A DNA stretch of 64,000 nt, taken from Candidatus Saccharimonadota bacterium. Its GTDB lineage: Bacteria > Patescibacteriota > Saccharimonadia > Saccharimonadales > OFTM59. The DNA lies in assembly GCA_029260875.1 (NCBI GenBank), contig JAJDCL010000028.1, positions 1,161-65,160 on the forward strand, written 5' to 3'. Every line of letters begins with the position of its first letter. Position 1 is the stretch's first letter. Under the pieces are notes generated by a model, which worked only from the letters and a program-made list of their open reading frames with translations, searched no databases and had not been told where the DNA came from. The position numbers and the translations under genes are program-made. This document shows, in pieces, positions 44,144 through 54,215 of the stretch.

Positions 44144-44580
44144 GTTTATTATATATCAGGTTTTGCCGATTTATATAGGTCAGGCGGTGCTGTGCCTTTG
44201 CTGAGTGCATGTACCATAAGGCGTGGTCGTGTCGTGGTTTACCAACTTTTTTATACCATCAGTAGGTAGTTGATGTTGTGGCCAGCGAAATATCGGCGAA
44301 TGCTAGCGTAAAGACTTCCTGCCAGGACGCCTTTTCTCCTTCATTTAAGTCTTGTTCTTGTAGCCACCTGTCAGCAAGCGACCCGTCCATCCACTCCTTA
44401 AGTAATCTTGGCCCAGTTGGCCAAAGCGCTGGCCAGATTAGTCTGCCCTACTTCGGTAGGTATTGAGCAATTATTTTATTCAGTAATACGCTGATCTAGT
44501 AAGGTCTTGGCCAAGTCGTTGCCCTTAGTTGGGGCTTTGAGTGTTGTAAATGACTTTGTTTTCTATAAAATGCACGTTGG

Positions 44581-45297
44581 TTACACTTGGTTCAAATAGT
44601 ATGTGCGTACTTCGGGCGAAAATTTTTCTATGGCATAGCGCAGCATTGTCCGCGGCATGTGGGCTGCATGAATATCAAGGAAGTCCCGGAGCGACGCGTC
44701 GTCTTTTTTCCCTGCTTCGCGCAGCATCCAGCCAACTGCTTTGTGCATTAAGTCGTGCTCATCACCAAGCAAAACTTCTGCCAGACGATATGTGTCGTCT
44801 AGTTGATGTTCACGAATAAATTGCCAAGTACTGACAATCGCAATACGTCGCTCCCACATGTTTTTTGATACAGCCAAACGATACAAAACATCTCTCGGCC
44901 TGTGAAGTAAATATCCACCAACAACGTCGCGACTGCTAACATCCACGATGTCCCAGTTATTAATCCGATCGCTTCGGCGTAGGTAAAGGTCAAACAACGC
45001 TTTTTTATAATCTGCGCCCGTTTTAGATGATCTAGCCTGTTCGGTCATAGTAATAACACCAGCCAAGCGGTGTTCGTGTATTGGGCTTTCCAACAAACTT
45101 TCAATTTCATCCATTGACAGGCCCTTGAAGTCGCGGCAAACCTTGCGAATTATCGGTACCCGAACACCAATAAACCGATCACCCTCTCCGTACTGACCAG
45201 GAGCGGTTTTAAAAAATCGCTGGGCGAACACCGCGTCGGCATCACTGGCAAACTTCGCCAGAGCCCGTTCAACATCACTAGCCGTTGCGTTCGTCAT
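44581..45297 (-). CDS. DNA alkylation repair protein (AlkD-like HEAT-repeat glycosylase family)
   Basis: 238 aa with FFKTAPGQYGEGDRFIGVRVP...NNWDIVD...WERRIAIV, which is typical of this family. Confidence 0.8.
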   Translation of the reverse strand: MTNATASDVERALAKFASDADAVFAQRFFKTAPGQYGEGDRFIGVRVPIIRKVCRDFKGLSMDEIESLLESPIHEHRLAGVITMTEQARSSKTGADYKKALFDLYLRRSDRINNWDIVDVSSRDVVGGYLLHRPRDVLYRLAVSKNMWERRIAIVSTWQFIREHQLDDTYRLAEVLLGDEHDLMHKAVGWMLREAGKKDDASLRDFLDIHAAHMPRTMLRYAIEKFSPEVRTYYLNQV

Positions 45298-45302
45298 ATC
45301 TG

Positions 45303-45896
45303 TTAATTATTTTGTGCTTTGTTAGCCACTCGCTTGCCACGCGGTCGCTTGTGGTCGTAATACGCTAGCTCTTTTTTGTGGTGGTCAAGTCGCACTATGT
45401 ATTCATCAAAACGGTTGTAAAGACCCGAATAATGACTGCCCGGGGTAAGTATTTTTAGTAATTTTCCTTGTTCGTGCAAATATTCAACTAAACTGTAGTA
45501 ATCGCCGTCGCCAGACACAAGTATCGCCTTATCATACTGCGACAGTTCTTTCATGGCCCACAGCACCAAATCAGCGTCAACATTCCCTTTTGTCACACGC
45601 TTTTCCTGCTCTTTGTCGTCGCCGTTTTTTGCCTCTTCGGCACGCGGACGAGTCATGTCAAACGTCGGCTTGAGCACTATTTTGTACCCGGCATCGTGCA
45701 TTTGCTCGTACAAACTCTCGTACTCAGGGACATAGCCAATAAACATAAAGGCCTCAGTAACTCCGTGCGCATCAGCTAGAAATTGCCGGAACTTCTTCCA
45801 GTCCATTTTCCATCCACCGCGCTGCACACTAATATTTAAATTCTGGCTATCAATAAAAGCGTAAACTCGTGCGGGTTTTTTGAATTTTCTTCTCAT
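45303..45896 (-). CDS. NYN-domain (LabA-like) protein
   Basis: 197 aa with VYAFIDSQNLN...DADLV...ILVSGDGDYYSLVEYL. Confidence 0.8.
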   Translation of the reverse strand: MRRKFKKPARVYAFIDSQNLNISVQRGGWKMDWKKFRQFLADAHGVTEAFMFIGYVPEYESLYEQMHDAGYKIVLKPTFDMTRPRAEEAKNGDDKEQEKRVTKGNVDADLVLWAMKELSQYDKAILVSGDGDYYSLVEYLHEQGKLLKILTPGSHYSGLYNRFDEYIVRLDHHKKELAYYDHKRPRGKRVANKAQNN

Positions 45897-46089
45897 ACCC
45901 CCAATTGTACTACCAAATTCGTTTTGTACTTTTTATTTATAATAGAACGGTGATTAGTCTGCGACTTCCCATGACTATTTGACGGGCTGGGGCGGTATAA
46001 TCCTAGCAAGCTCCGGTTTTGCGTAATTAAGTGGCACGTAGGCGCGTGGCCCAACTTCATAAATACCACCATCGGCATATATTCGCTTC

Positions 46090-46680
46090 TTATCGTAATT
46101 CATTTAGAATTTTTGGAAATCGGTTGGTGCGCATGGTGTTGCCTAGCATAAAATGTCCGTATTCGGGTAAATTAGTAGCCTTAGCCCCCGGGAATACAGA
46201 CATTAGCATTTTTGCGCTTTGTTTTGCTTCTTTTCCGTCGCGCGAACTATAAAAAATTGCTATGCCGCCCGCGCATCGCTCGATAAGGCTTGGGTCTAAT
46301 ACAAAGTCAAACAAGCCTCCATATCTACGGTTCGGGTCAAGCCACGGCGCTACAAGTACAAGTTTTTTGACATATGCATCTGGATTTTCGCTCATCCACC
46401 TAACCGATAAGCCCGCACCCATGCTGTGGCCGACGACCAAAGTAGCTTCCGTAATTGGTGTTTTTAAAGCTTCGTTAATACAATTTTCATATACGGGCTC
46501 GTACGGTTTCGGTAGCTCTGGGATGGCTGTCGGTATGCCCATGTGCCCCAATGTTTGAGCCAGCCATGGCAGCCAGTTAGCCTCATGCGGCCTCGGCTGA
46601 GCTGGGTCCATATACCGTTCCATTGAGGGTTTACCGTGCAGAATAACTGCGTTAGTCATCTTGGGCCCCGAGCCTATCAT
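46090..46680 (-). CDS. Alpha/beta serine hydrolase, YdeN/RBBP9-like
   Basis: It carries AVILHGKP...VVGHSMGA (GxSxG)...VLVAPW...YGHF. The likely start is MTNAV at 46659. Confidence 0.7.
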   Translation of the reverse strand: MIGSGPKMTNAVILHGKPSMERYMDPAQPRPHEANWLPWLAQTLGHMGIPTAIPELPKPYEPVYENCINEALKTPITEATLVVGHSMGAGLSVRWMSENPDAYVKKLVLVAPWLDPNRRYGGLFDFVLDPSLIERCAGGIAIFYSSRDGKEAKQSAKMLMSVFPGAKATNLPEYGHFMLGNTMRTNRFPKILNELR

Positions 46681-46819
46681 AGGCTTATATTAAGTGTCTA
46701 CGTAGAGGTCATATGCACGCCTATGCTTCTTGCAAAGAATAATGCATGATACTAGACAATTCTACACTAATTGTTACACTTAATAGCATAAATTAACTGT
46801 TCTTATAACAGGAGGGTAT

Positions 46820-47512
46820 ATGAGTGAAAGTACAGGGATCGTAAATCAGTTCAGAGATTCTGCTAATGAATTCTGGACATCAGTGGGCGGCTATCTACCG
46901 AAGGTATTTGGGGCGCTTTTACTGCTTGTTCTGGCTGTAGTTGTTGCCAAGCTAGCTCAGGCCGGTGTTGCAAAAGTTCTTAACTTAATTGGTGTTAACA
47001 AAATCGCCAAAAACAAAACCGTGTCTAAAAGCCTGAAGACGGCAGAGATTAACGTTGATTTTGTAGAAATTAGCAGCCGGATCGTTTTCTGGGTGATTAT
47101 AATCATCTTTGCACTAACAATTTCAGACGTACTTGGGTTAACCGCAATGAGCGATGTAATTAATAGCCTGCTTGGCTACTTGCCAAGCGTACTGGCTGCT
47201 GCAATTGTGCTTACAGTCACGATTGCCGGTGCTCGTTTAGTGCGTGACGTAGTTACGGCTTCTCTGCACCGCATGCGTGTTGATTTTGGCCACGGGATAG
47301 GTAACCTGACTTTCTATCTGATCATGCTTTTCGGTACCTTAATGGCGATTGATCAGCTGGGCTTTGACACCACAGTCCTTGCTACAAACATCAACATTAT
47401 TGTTTCTGGATTTGTACTTACCTTTGCTCTTGCCTTTGGGCTTGGTGGCCGAGACATTGCTGGGCGTGTCCTAGAAGATGCTTACACGAATCTTCGCAGA
47501 TCCAAAAAGTAA
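46820..47512 (+). CDS. Membrane protein with conserved-TM-helix repeats (MscS-related family)
   Basis: 230 aa. GGAGGG lies before the ATG. Four or five hydrophobic helices alternate with short amphipathic linkers. Confidence 0.6.
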   Translation: MSESTGIVNQFRDSANEFWTSVGGYLPKVFGALLLLVLAVVVAKLAQAGVAKVLNLIGVNKIAKNKTVSKSLKTAEINVDFVEISSRIVFWVIIIIFALTISDVLGLTAMSDVINSLLGYLPSVLAAAIVLTVTIAGARLVRDVVTASLHRMRVDFGHGIGNLTFYLIMLFGTLMAIDQLGFDTTVLATNINIIVSGFVLTFALAFGLGGRDIAGRVLEDAYTNLRRSKK

Positions 47513-47528
47513 AACATAACTTGGCACT

Positions 47529-47569
47529 AGCCGGCTCAATTACTGATATGTAATCGAGCCGGCTTTTTT
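47529..47569 (+). terminator. Intrinsic terminator
   Basis: AGCCGGCTC (47529-47537) pairs with GAGCCGGCT (47556-47564). There is an inner ATTAC/GTAAT stem, and the hairpin is followed by TTTTT. Confidence 0.75.
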
Positions 47570-47639
47570 ACTTATCCGATCTAGTTTTTGGATTCATCAT
47601 AGTAGGGCACTTTATTGACACACATTATAGCGTATACTA

Positions 47640-48305
47640 ATGTTGCGTACAGCATTAAGGAGTAAGACGATGAAAATGGACCAACCTCTTAGCGAGCAAC
47701 CAATTGAGCAACTGCCTTTTGAGTTTGATAGATTACAGGGGCCGAGGGGCGATGTTCAGCAACTTGCCGCTGTCGTATTTACTTTTAATACCATTCCCCT
47801 TGTCACGGCTGTTGATGAAGTCGGATTTCAAAGGTCTGCCGATCTTATTGACAATGCGACTGGTTTTCGGGCAGTATGTGACTCCAGATTCGGCCCAGAC
47901 AAAATAACGGAAGAAACGCACATTACCGCGACCTTTCGTGATGGTCATGGCCTAAAAGTAGATAGAACATGCGGTTTGATCCAAGCCGATACTGATGTAA
48001 CCGAAGACTTATTAGCACAACTAGATCAGGCCCGGTCAGTTATGCAAGTGGCTGCCCTCAGCATGATAAACGAAGTACCGCCTAATAATAAGTTCTTGGA
48101 GGGGCTAACCATCATTCCAAGCGAGCAAGGACCGCCACGTTATATGTATAAAGACCCTGTGAGCGGTAATAAATTTGAGTATACAGTCACAGGGTCAAGC
48201 GGAGTGAGCAGAGATTTTCAAGAAAGAATTTTTATTGATGACAATAACGAACCAGCTGTTGTTTTAGAAGGAAAAACCGCCATAACCTTTCTACCGCTTC
48301 TCTAA
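47640..48305 (+). CDS. Hypothetical protein (orphan)
   Basis: 221-aa ORF with a likely start at MKMDQP (47670). No recognisable motif. Confidence 0.4.
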   Translation: MLRTALRSKTMKMDQPLSEQPIEQLPFEFDRLQGPRGDVQQLAAVVFTFNTIPLVTAVDEVGFQRSADLIDNATGFRAVCDSRFGPDKITEETHITATFRDGHGLKVDRTCGLIQADTDVTEDLLAQLDQARSVMQVAALSMINEVPPNNKFLEGLTIIPSEQGPPRYMYKDPVSGNKFEYTVTGSSGVSRDFQERIFIDDNNEPAVVLEGKTAITFLPLL

Positions 48306-48467
48306 TTAATAAAACCTGTTTCCACAACTACATAATTTAATGATTTGTGTGGTTATTATTGTAATGTTCTGTCCATTTTAGCTCTTCTTGGTGGGCGCAA
48401 TTCTACGAACGCACGTTAAACGCTTACAATAACCTACGTAAAAATTTAAATTGATTAATGGTGTTTT

Positions 48468-48508
48468 AAAACCGGCCCTGTCAAGCATCTTGAAGAGCCG
48501 GTTTTTTT
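48468..48508. terminator. Bidirectional intrinsic terminator between convergent genes
   Basis: AACCGGC (48470-48476) pairs with GCCGGTT (48497-48503), with an inner TCAAG/CTTGA stem. An A-run lies upstream and a T-run downstream. Confidence 0.6.
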
Positions 48509-48629
48509 GACTGTCAGGGCAAAGCTCTATGAGAACATAGCATAGTACTAATACAGTGTCGCTAGAGTCAATCCTGGCGGAAATCTGGGGTCTAGCAAAT
48601 GTATTTTGTGGTCTGTGTTAACAATTTGG

Positions 48630-49583
48630 CTATTGGTATATGTCGGTAGCGTTTCTAGCTTTTTCTTTGTTAAAGCCTGCTTCTGTCATTATTTTTAGCG
48701 CCGCTTCGTCGCCAGGGCTACTGTATGTTACTTCTTGCGTATTGCCTACTATCAGACTCTCCGGGCTAATGCTTGTGGTATATATGTTGAATTCAATAGT
48801 GGCATAGGACTGAGCATCCAGTACAATTTGCAGTATTTCATTCTTGCATTCACTGAAACTACCGATAATTTGTAGGTCTGGCTGTAAGTAAAATTCATAC
48901 ACGCGCCGGCCATTCACTTCGGTTTCTTGTATGTCATCAGCAGCAATAACCTGACCGTCTTGGTTAATCACCCTGTATGCAAGCTCATCATTAATTTTAT
49001 AGTCTTCTAAGAATTCTGGAAGTGATACATCGCGCGGGATATTGACCTCCATCTCTATTGCCGTATCATCATACCGCGAAGTTTCTGAAAACAGAGCGCC
49101 AGTCTCTAGTTCTAACCTGTTATAGGACGCCTCTACGTTAGTAGAGCTCGAATTAAACGCCATATTTATAGTTCTGTCTCTTGACGATCCACTCCCCATG
49201 CCCCCCGCCTGACACTCTTCATACATGGGACCCTGCTTAAACATACTTACGGATGTATAAAACTCCGCGGTAGTAGGGTCAATCGACTTATAGTAGTTCT
49301 CAGATTTTTCCAATAGCTCTTTTGCGCTAACTTTTTTCGGAGCTAGCGGGTTAGTTGATTTGTTGGCTGGAGCTCCGGATGTAATCACAAGTGCGGCAAT
49401 CATAACGCCTGCTACAACCATGAGCGCGGGCGCCAACTTCAGCCATCGGCTAGTTTTTGGTTGCTTTTGGACGTGTTTAGCTCGTCTCAATATTTGATTT
49501 CTTAAATCCATTTTAAAGTCCTTATCAATCATTAGTTTGTCGTTGGTGAATTTACTGATAAATTTACTTTCTCTGCGTTTCAT
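48630..49583 (-). CDS. Putative anti-sigma factor (single-pass membrane protein)
   Basis: 317 aa with one TM (LAPALMVVAGVMIAALVI). It overlaps the upstream ECF sigma gene by 4 nt. Confidence 0.5.
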   Translation of the reverse strand: MKRRESKFISKFTNDKLMIDKDFKMDLRNQILRRAKHVQKQPKTSRWLKLAPALMVVAGVMIAALVITSGAPANKSTNPLAPKKVSAKELLEKSENYYKSIDPTTAEFYTSVSMFKQGPMYEECQAGGMGSGSSRDRTINMAFNSSSTNVEASYNRLELETGALFSETSRYDDTAIEMEVNIPRDVSLPEFLEDYKINDELAYRVINQDGQVIAADDIQETEVNGRRVYEFYLQPDLQIIGSFSECKNEILQIVLDAQSYATIEFNIYTTSISPESLIVGNTQEVTYSSPGDEAALKIMTEAGFNKEKARNATDIYQ

Positions 49584-50143
49584 ATAGCCTCCTTCCCTGC
49601 GTGTGTTAAATGCCCTTGCAGCTCTATTAACTTCTTTAGACGCCTAAAGCCACGCTTGTACGTGGTTTTTACATAATTGGTGTCTTTCCCAAAATAAGCT
49701 GCTATTTCTTTAATGCTTAACTCTTCTAGTAACCGCATACTGACTACCTCGCGCTGCTTGTCCGGCAGTAGTGCTATTACACGCGCCGCCCTTTCCTTGA
49801 CAGGGACGTCCTCAAACTTTTCAATTTCTTGCGCTACATAATCTTCAAAATCATCCATCGTTTCTATGGCAAACTCTTGCTTTCGGTATTTATTGCGCAA
49901 ATATGTAAGCCAAGTGTTACGCATAATCCCATAAAGATATTTGACATGATCATTAATAATAGACGCCTCCCCCTCTGTGTGCTCAATATACGACACGAAT
50001 GTTGCTGAGGTCAGGTCTTCGGCTATATCACGGTCTAGACATTTTATGTAAAAGAATTTATATACCTTATCTACGTAGCCGTCGTACAGTTCTTCTATTT
50101 CCATAATTTTCCTTTCACCTTCCAAGTCGCAAAAGGGGTACAA
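49580..50143 (-). CDS. ECF-type sigma-70 family factor
   Basis: Region 2 is DIAEDLTSATFVSYIEH. Region 4 is LPDKQREVVSMRLLEELSIKEIAAYFG. The likely start is MEIEEL at 50104. Confidence 0.85.
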   Translation of the reverse strand: MYPFCDLEGERKIMEIEELYDGYVDKVYKFFYIKCLDRDIAEDLTSATFVSYIEHTEGEASIINDHVKYLYGIMRNTWLTYLRNKYRKQEFAIETMDDFEDYVAQEIEKFEDVPVKERAARVIALLPDKQREVVSMRLLEELSIKEIAAYFGKDTNYVKTTYKRGFRRLKKLIELQGHLTHAGKEAI

Positions 50144-50174
50144 ACTACTCGTTCATGCTAACTAAATGGTAGCA

Positions 50175-50558
50175 TTATTTCTTTTTTGCGTGAGCATTGA
50201 GCCAGGCGGCAATTCTCGGGACGTCTAGGTGTTCCACGGCGACCTGTACAGCAAAGTCCTCCAGCTCACCCTGTTTAATTTGAAATATGTATCCGTTAAC
50301 TTCAAGCGATGTTGCGGCAACCAGCATTCCAGTTCGTTTATTACCATCCATGAAGGGGTGGTCAGCTATGATCCCTCGGCACATTGCCGCAGCTTTTTCA
50401 AACAAACCTTTATATAGCTCTTCACCGAAAACTTCTTGATACTGCGTTGCGATAACCGCTTCTAGTCTGCCCAGATCTCTGAGGCCATCAGAACCACCAG
50501 ACTGGCGAATTACCAGCACATGCAGTTGTAACAGCTGCTCAAGCGTAATACGGTTCAT
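50175..50558 (-). CDS. doc: Doc (death-on-curing) Fic-fold toxin
   Basis: 127 aa with the Fic/Doc motif HPFMDGNKRTG. Confidence 0.9.
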   Translation of the reverse strand: MNRITLEQLLQLHVLVIRQSGGSDGLRDLGRLEAVIATQYQEVFGEELYKGLFEKAAAMCRGIIADHPFMDGNKRTGMLVAATSLEVNGYIFQIKQGELEDFAVQVAVEHLDVPRIAAWLNAHAKKK

Positions 50559-50782
50559 CTCTTAGCTAGATTTTCAAAGTCTTTTTTATAGCGTTTCAAA
50601 ACGTTTTGGGCCGCTGTTATAACATCATCGTTGTTTGGCTGGTTTATACTCTTAATTTTTTTAACAGTAATCTCAACTTCATCGCCGGGTTTAATACCAG
50701 CATGATTCATGTCTTTGGCGGGAATAGTAACCCCTGCACTAGAGCCGACTTTAATAACTTTTTGGATAGATTTAATTGTCAT
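50555..50782 (-). CDS. AbrB/MazE/SpoVT-fold antitoxin
   Basis: 75 aa with VIKVGSSAGVTIPAKDMNHAGIKPGDEVEITV. It overlaps doc by 4 nt. Confidence 0.8.
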   Translation of the reverse strand: MTIKSIQKVIKVGSSAGVTIPAKDMNHAGIKPGDEVEITVKKIKSINQPNNDDVITAAQNVLKRYKKDFENLAKR

Positions 50783-51095
50783 GCCAACATTATAACGAAT
50801 TATAATTTTATTGCAATATTGTTGTAATGTGTTGTCTCGTTTTATAGGATTAAAATAACAACCTAATGCGGCTTTCGTGCCGCCAGCGAGATACTTTTAC
50901 CTCCAGCTGCAAAAGTATCCAAAAAAGCCGCAGCCGCTTCCAGCTCTTTATGAGTTCATTGTCAAAGCGCACAATGCTCGGGTAACTCCCTCCATCATGA
51001 TTACTTAGGATGATGGAGCTCAAACACCCCCTCGCTATAAATTGTGCTTTTGACACTCACTCATCAGGAGCTTCCAGAGGCTGGATTAGAGCAGG

Positions 51096-51668
51096 CTATG
51101 CTTTTAGTGTTGCTTCTAGCAGTTCTGGGAAGGCATCGGTTTTCAGGTCACTGTAGCAAAAGTGACCGTAGTTATGAAAATCTTTGACGGTCACGCCGGG
51201 TATTTTACTTCTTAAAAAGGCGACACTATTTTGAACAGGTGCATAGTCATTATCGGAGTTAAAAATTATCATTTTCTTGCATCTTTGAACTAGATTTGGG
51301 TCAATCTCGCAATCGAAAAAATCAGTATTTTCTTCGTGATGAGAATTTATCCACGGCGCGACAAGTACAAGTTGATCTATATTTAATTCTGGATGAAGGC
51401 TTAAATATTTTACAAAGAAGCCCCCGCCTGTGCTGTGCCCGATTAATGTAGTATCTGGGCCTATTTCAAATCTCTGGACTTCCCTAACCCATAAGTCCCA
51501 CTGCAGGTCAAAAGCAAAGGGGATCTCGGGAGCATCAGCCTTTATGTCGCGTACTAGAAGTTGTTTTTGCAGCCACGGAAACCAGTGGGCGTTGCTTGCA
51601 CTCGGCTGGCTTCCATCATAATATTCTGCCCTTTTGGGTCTTCCGTGCAGCAAAATTGCATTTTTCAT
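51096..51668 (-). CDS. Alpha/beta serine hydrolase, YdeN/RBBP9-like (paralogue of 46090-46680)
   Basis: It carries AILLHGRP...LIGHSTGG...VLVAPW...YGHF. Confidence 0.7.
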   Translation of the reverse strand: MKNAILLHGRPKRAEYYDGSQPSASNAHWFPWLQKQLLVRDIKADAPEIPFAFDLQWDLWVREVQRFEIGPDTTLIGHSTGGGFFVKYLSLHPELNIDQLVLVAPWINSHHEENTDFFDCEIDPNLVQRCKKMIIFNSDNDYAPVQNSVAFLRSKIPGVTVKDFHNYGHFCYSDLKTDAFPELLEATLKA

Positions 51669-53056
51669 TTGAGAGTGATTTCTTTTTTAGTTTTTATACT
51701 TTTTAGATACTGATCTTCAGGAAAAACCGAAACGCCATTATAGACAACTTTGATAATATTGTTTTTTGCATCAAAAATATATTTTACTAATTCACTTTCT
51801 GCGCTATAGCTGTTCGCTTTTATAACCTTGAGTGTTTGATCGTCCACATACTCTAGCTCTTCAGCGTCTTTAAAAGGAGTCCAAGAATTTGGATACCCAG
51901 CATATATCTTATTGCCGACAGTAGCGATATCTATCAGATTCCACAAGTCCATAAAGCGGCCTTCAAACTTACTAAACTCCTGTTTAGGTTTTTCCTCTTT
52001 GCTATCAAATTTATTTATAACACCGTAGATGCCTTTTGCAATTGCTCCTGCTCCACCATCAATCGCATTTGTTAGCACAATTACTGCAATATCATTCTTG
52101 GTGTCGTAAAAACTCTTTGTTATATAGCCCGGGAAGCCACCGCCGTGCCCAATCAAATGATTGTTATTAATATTATCAAGAGTAAGCCCAAGACCGTAAT
52201 ATCCCTTGGGGTTTTCATCGTTTTCCACTTTCCACTGAGTACGCTGCATTTCTTTCTTTGACTCTGGATCTAGCAACTTATTAGACTGAGGATTATGGGC
52301 AGAAAAATATATACACATATCTTCAGCCGTAGAACAAAAGCCTGTTGCTGAAGACATAGCACGCGTGTCAGCACCCGCAATTGGTAGCCGCTTGTCTAAG
52401 TCTTTACGACTATAGCCTGTTGCCAGATTTTTGCGTATGTCGGTGTTTATCTCAGGGACCGTATTTTTTAGTCCAAGCACATCTACAATATTTTTTTGTA
52501 CATAATCGTTATATGGCTGCTTTGAAACAGCAGCAACAACCATACCAAGTAGCGTATAACCATAGTTGGAGTACTTTAGTTTAATATTATTATCAATTAT
52601 TAATTTTGCCTCCAGTGTTTCTTTCTTAAATTCATCTTCATTTGGAAATTTTCTTAATAATTGCCAATAATCCGCGTTGTTGCCATCCCGAATAATGCCT
52701 GCACCATGGGAAAGCAGTTGTCTTATGGTAATTTTATGAAACCTTTTGTCGCTGTGTTTATTAAGCCATGGTAAATAGCCGGCCGCATAATCATCAATTC
52801 GTAGCTTACCCTTTTCTTGAAGCTGCATTATGGCTGTGGCTGTAAACGTTTTAGAATGGGATGCAATTCTAAATACATGGTTAGTTGTCATTTTTTCTTT
52901 AGTTTCTATATTGGCATAGCCGTATGCACCCTTAAAAATAATTTTATCCTTATGTGCAATCGCCACTACCATTCCTGGTATTTCTGTCCGCCTAAAACGG
53001 AACGGCAGCCATGACCCAATATACTTAACAGCCTTTTCTAAATCTTTCTTATTCAT
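51665..53056 (-). CDS. Beta-lactamase-family serine hydrolase (class C / AmpH-like)
   Basis: 463 aa with SHSK (SxxK), YSN and HGG motifs in the expected order. Confidence 0.85.
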   Translation of the reverse strand: MNKKDLEKAVKYIGSWLPFRFRRTEIPGMVVAIAHKDKIIFKGAYGYANIETKEKMTTNHVFRIASHSKTFTATAIMQLQEKGKLRIDDYAAGYLPWLNKHSDKRFHKITIRQLLSHGAGIIRDGNNADYWQLLRKFPNEDEFKKETLEAKLIIDNNIKLKYSNYGYTLLGMVVAAVSKQPYNDYVQKNIVDVLGLKNTVPEINTDIRKNLATGYSRKDLDKRLPIAGADTRAMSSATGFCSTAEDMCIYFSAHNPQSNKLLDPESKKEMQRTQWKVENDENPKGYYGLGLTLDNINNNHLIGHGGGFPGYITKSFYDTKNDIAVIVLTNAIDGGAGAIAKGIYGVINKFDSKEEKPKQEFSKFEGRFMDLWNLIDIATVGNKIYAGYPNSWTPFKDAEELEYVDDQTLKVIKANSYSAESELVKYIFDAKNNIIKVVYNGVSVFPEDQYLKSIKTKKEITLK

Positions 53057-53071
53057 AGCTTTATCATAACA

Positions 53072-53599
53072 CTAGGCTGCGATTATGTGATCTACGGCTT
53101 CAGTTAGGTTTCGGGCCACAAAGTCCGCTTCAGGGCCTTCGTCTTGGCCGTTTCTGGCCGTACGAACTAAGATGGCTTTAGCCCCGGCATTCTTACCCGC
53201 CACCACATCGGAGCGATGGTCACCGATCATGTAAATATTTGATAAATCTAGGCTAAAATCTTTTGCGGCATCTAGTATCATAGTCGGTTTTGGTTTACGG
53301 CATTCGCAGTCGTCGTTTGGACCATGTGGGCACATATATGTTTTAAGAATTTTAATGCCGCTTGGCTTAAGCTGTTTTATGACTTAATTGTTGATCCTAG
53401 CAAAATCTTCCCGCATAATTCTGCCTTCGCTAATTCCAGCTTGATTTGTAACGAGAATTACGGAAAATCCGTTCTCAGCTAATTTCTTAAGCGCAGAAAT
53501 TGAATCAGCAAATAGCTCAATTTTCTCTTCCCGATCCAACCGTTCATCCGGCGGATCTTGAATAATCGTCCCATCTCTATCAAGTAAAACTATTTTCAT
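53072..53599 (-). pseudogene. GmhB/histidinol-phosphatase-like HAD phosphatase interrupted by an in-frame TAA
   Basis: The N-terminal part has LLDRDGTI...VTNQAGI. A TAA lies at 53381-53383. The same frame continues VIKQLKPSGIKILKTYMCPHGPNDDCECRKPKP...IGDHRSD. Confidence 0.7.
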
Positions 53600-53620
53600 A
53601 TTATCTTCATCATAGCAGTT

Positions 53621-54178
53621 TTAGGGGTTTAGTTCATTTGGGATAACTTTTAGGTATTCTTTGTAGGTCATGTAGGTTTTTGTGTCTTTGACAAGGTCAA
53701 CAAATAAGATACCGCCCAGATGATCAACTTCGTGTTGTATCACTTGAGCTTTCAGATCTTTGAATGTTTTTGAATGCTTAGTTCCCTTTTCGTCGTAGTA
53801 AGTCACTTTTACTTCTTCGTATCTTGGCACTTTAGCAAACAAATCTGCGGTCCCTTTACTGCCCGCACTTATACAGCCTTCCCACATTTCTTTTGTCTTG
53901 CCTTTATATTCAGTAATCTCTGGGTTAATTAGCACAAGATCAAACGGCTTGATCTTAGCTCGTAGCTCAGTCGGCCGTATTGCAATAACGGCCAGGGCTA
54001 GGCTTTTACCAACTTGAGGTGCAGCCAGACCAATGCCCAGTTTCTTTTCAAGCAATGTGAACCGCATGTCCTCAATAAGTTTTTGGATGCGCACAGATTT
54101 AATTTCATCAACGGACAATTTCTTGGCAGTTTTGCGTAAAATTGGATCGCCAAACTGAGCCCGCTTCAAAACCTTCAT
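53621..54178 (-). CDS. def: Peptide deformylase
   Basis: It carries GIGLAAPQVG, EGCIS and HEVDHLGG. Confidence 0.9.
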   Translation of the reverse strand: MKVLKRAQFGDPILRKTAKKLSVDEIKSVRIQKLIEDMRFTLLEKKLGIGLAAPQVGKSLALAVIAIRPTELRAKIKPFDLVLINPEITEYKGKTKEMWEGCISAGSKGTADLFAKVPRYEEVKVTYYDEKGTKHSKTFKDLKAQVIQHEVDHLGGILFVDLVKDTKTYMTYKEYLKVIPNELNP

Positions 54179-54215
54179 GGCAACTTAACTCTGGCAAAGT
54201 TATTATTTATCTTTT

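Noticed and set aside
44144-44580. 437-nt gap between the flavodoxin-like and alkD-like genes. It contains a 43-aa minus-strand ORF (44259-44390; AAGGAG 3 nt before the ATG; MDGSLADRWLQEQDLNEGEKASWQEVF...).
   Set aside because: It is too short and the SD spacing is tight. The frame is open upstream without a start, so it looks like the tail of a decayed gene rather than a functional CDS. Not reported as a feature.
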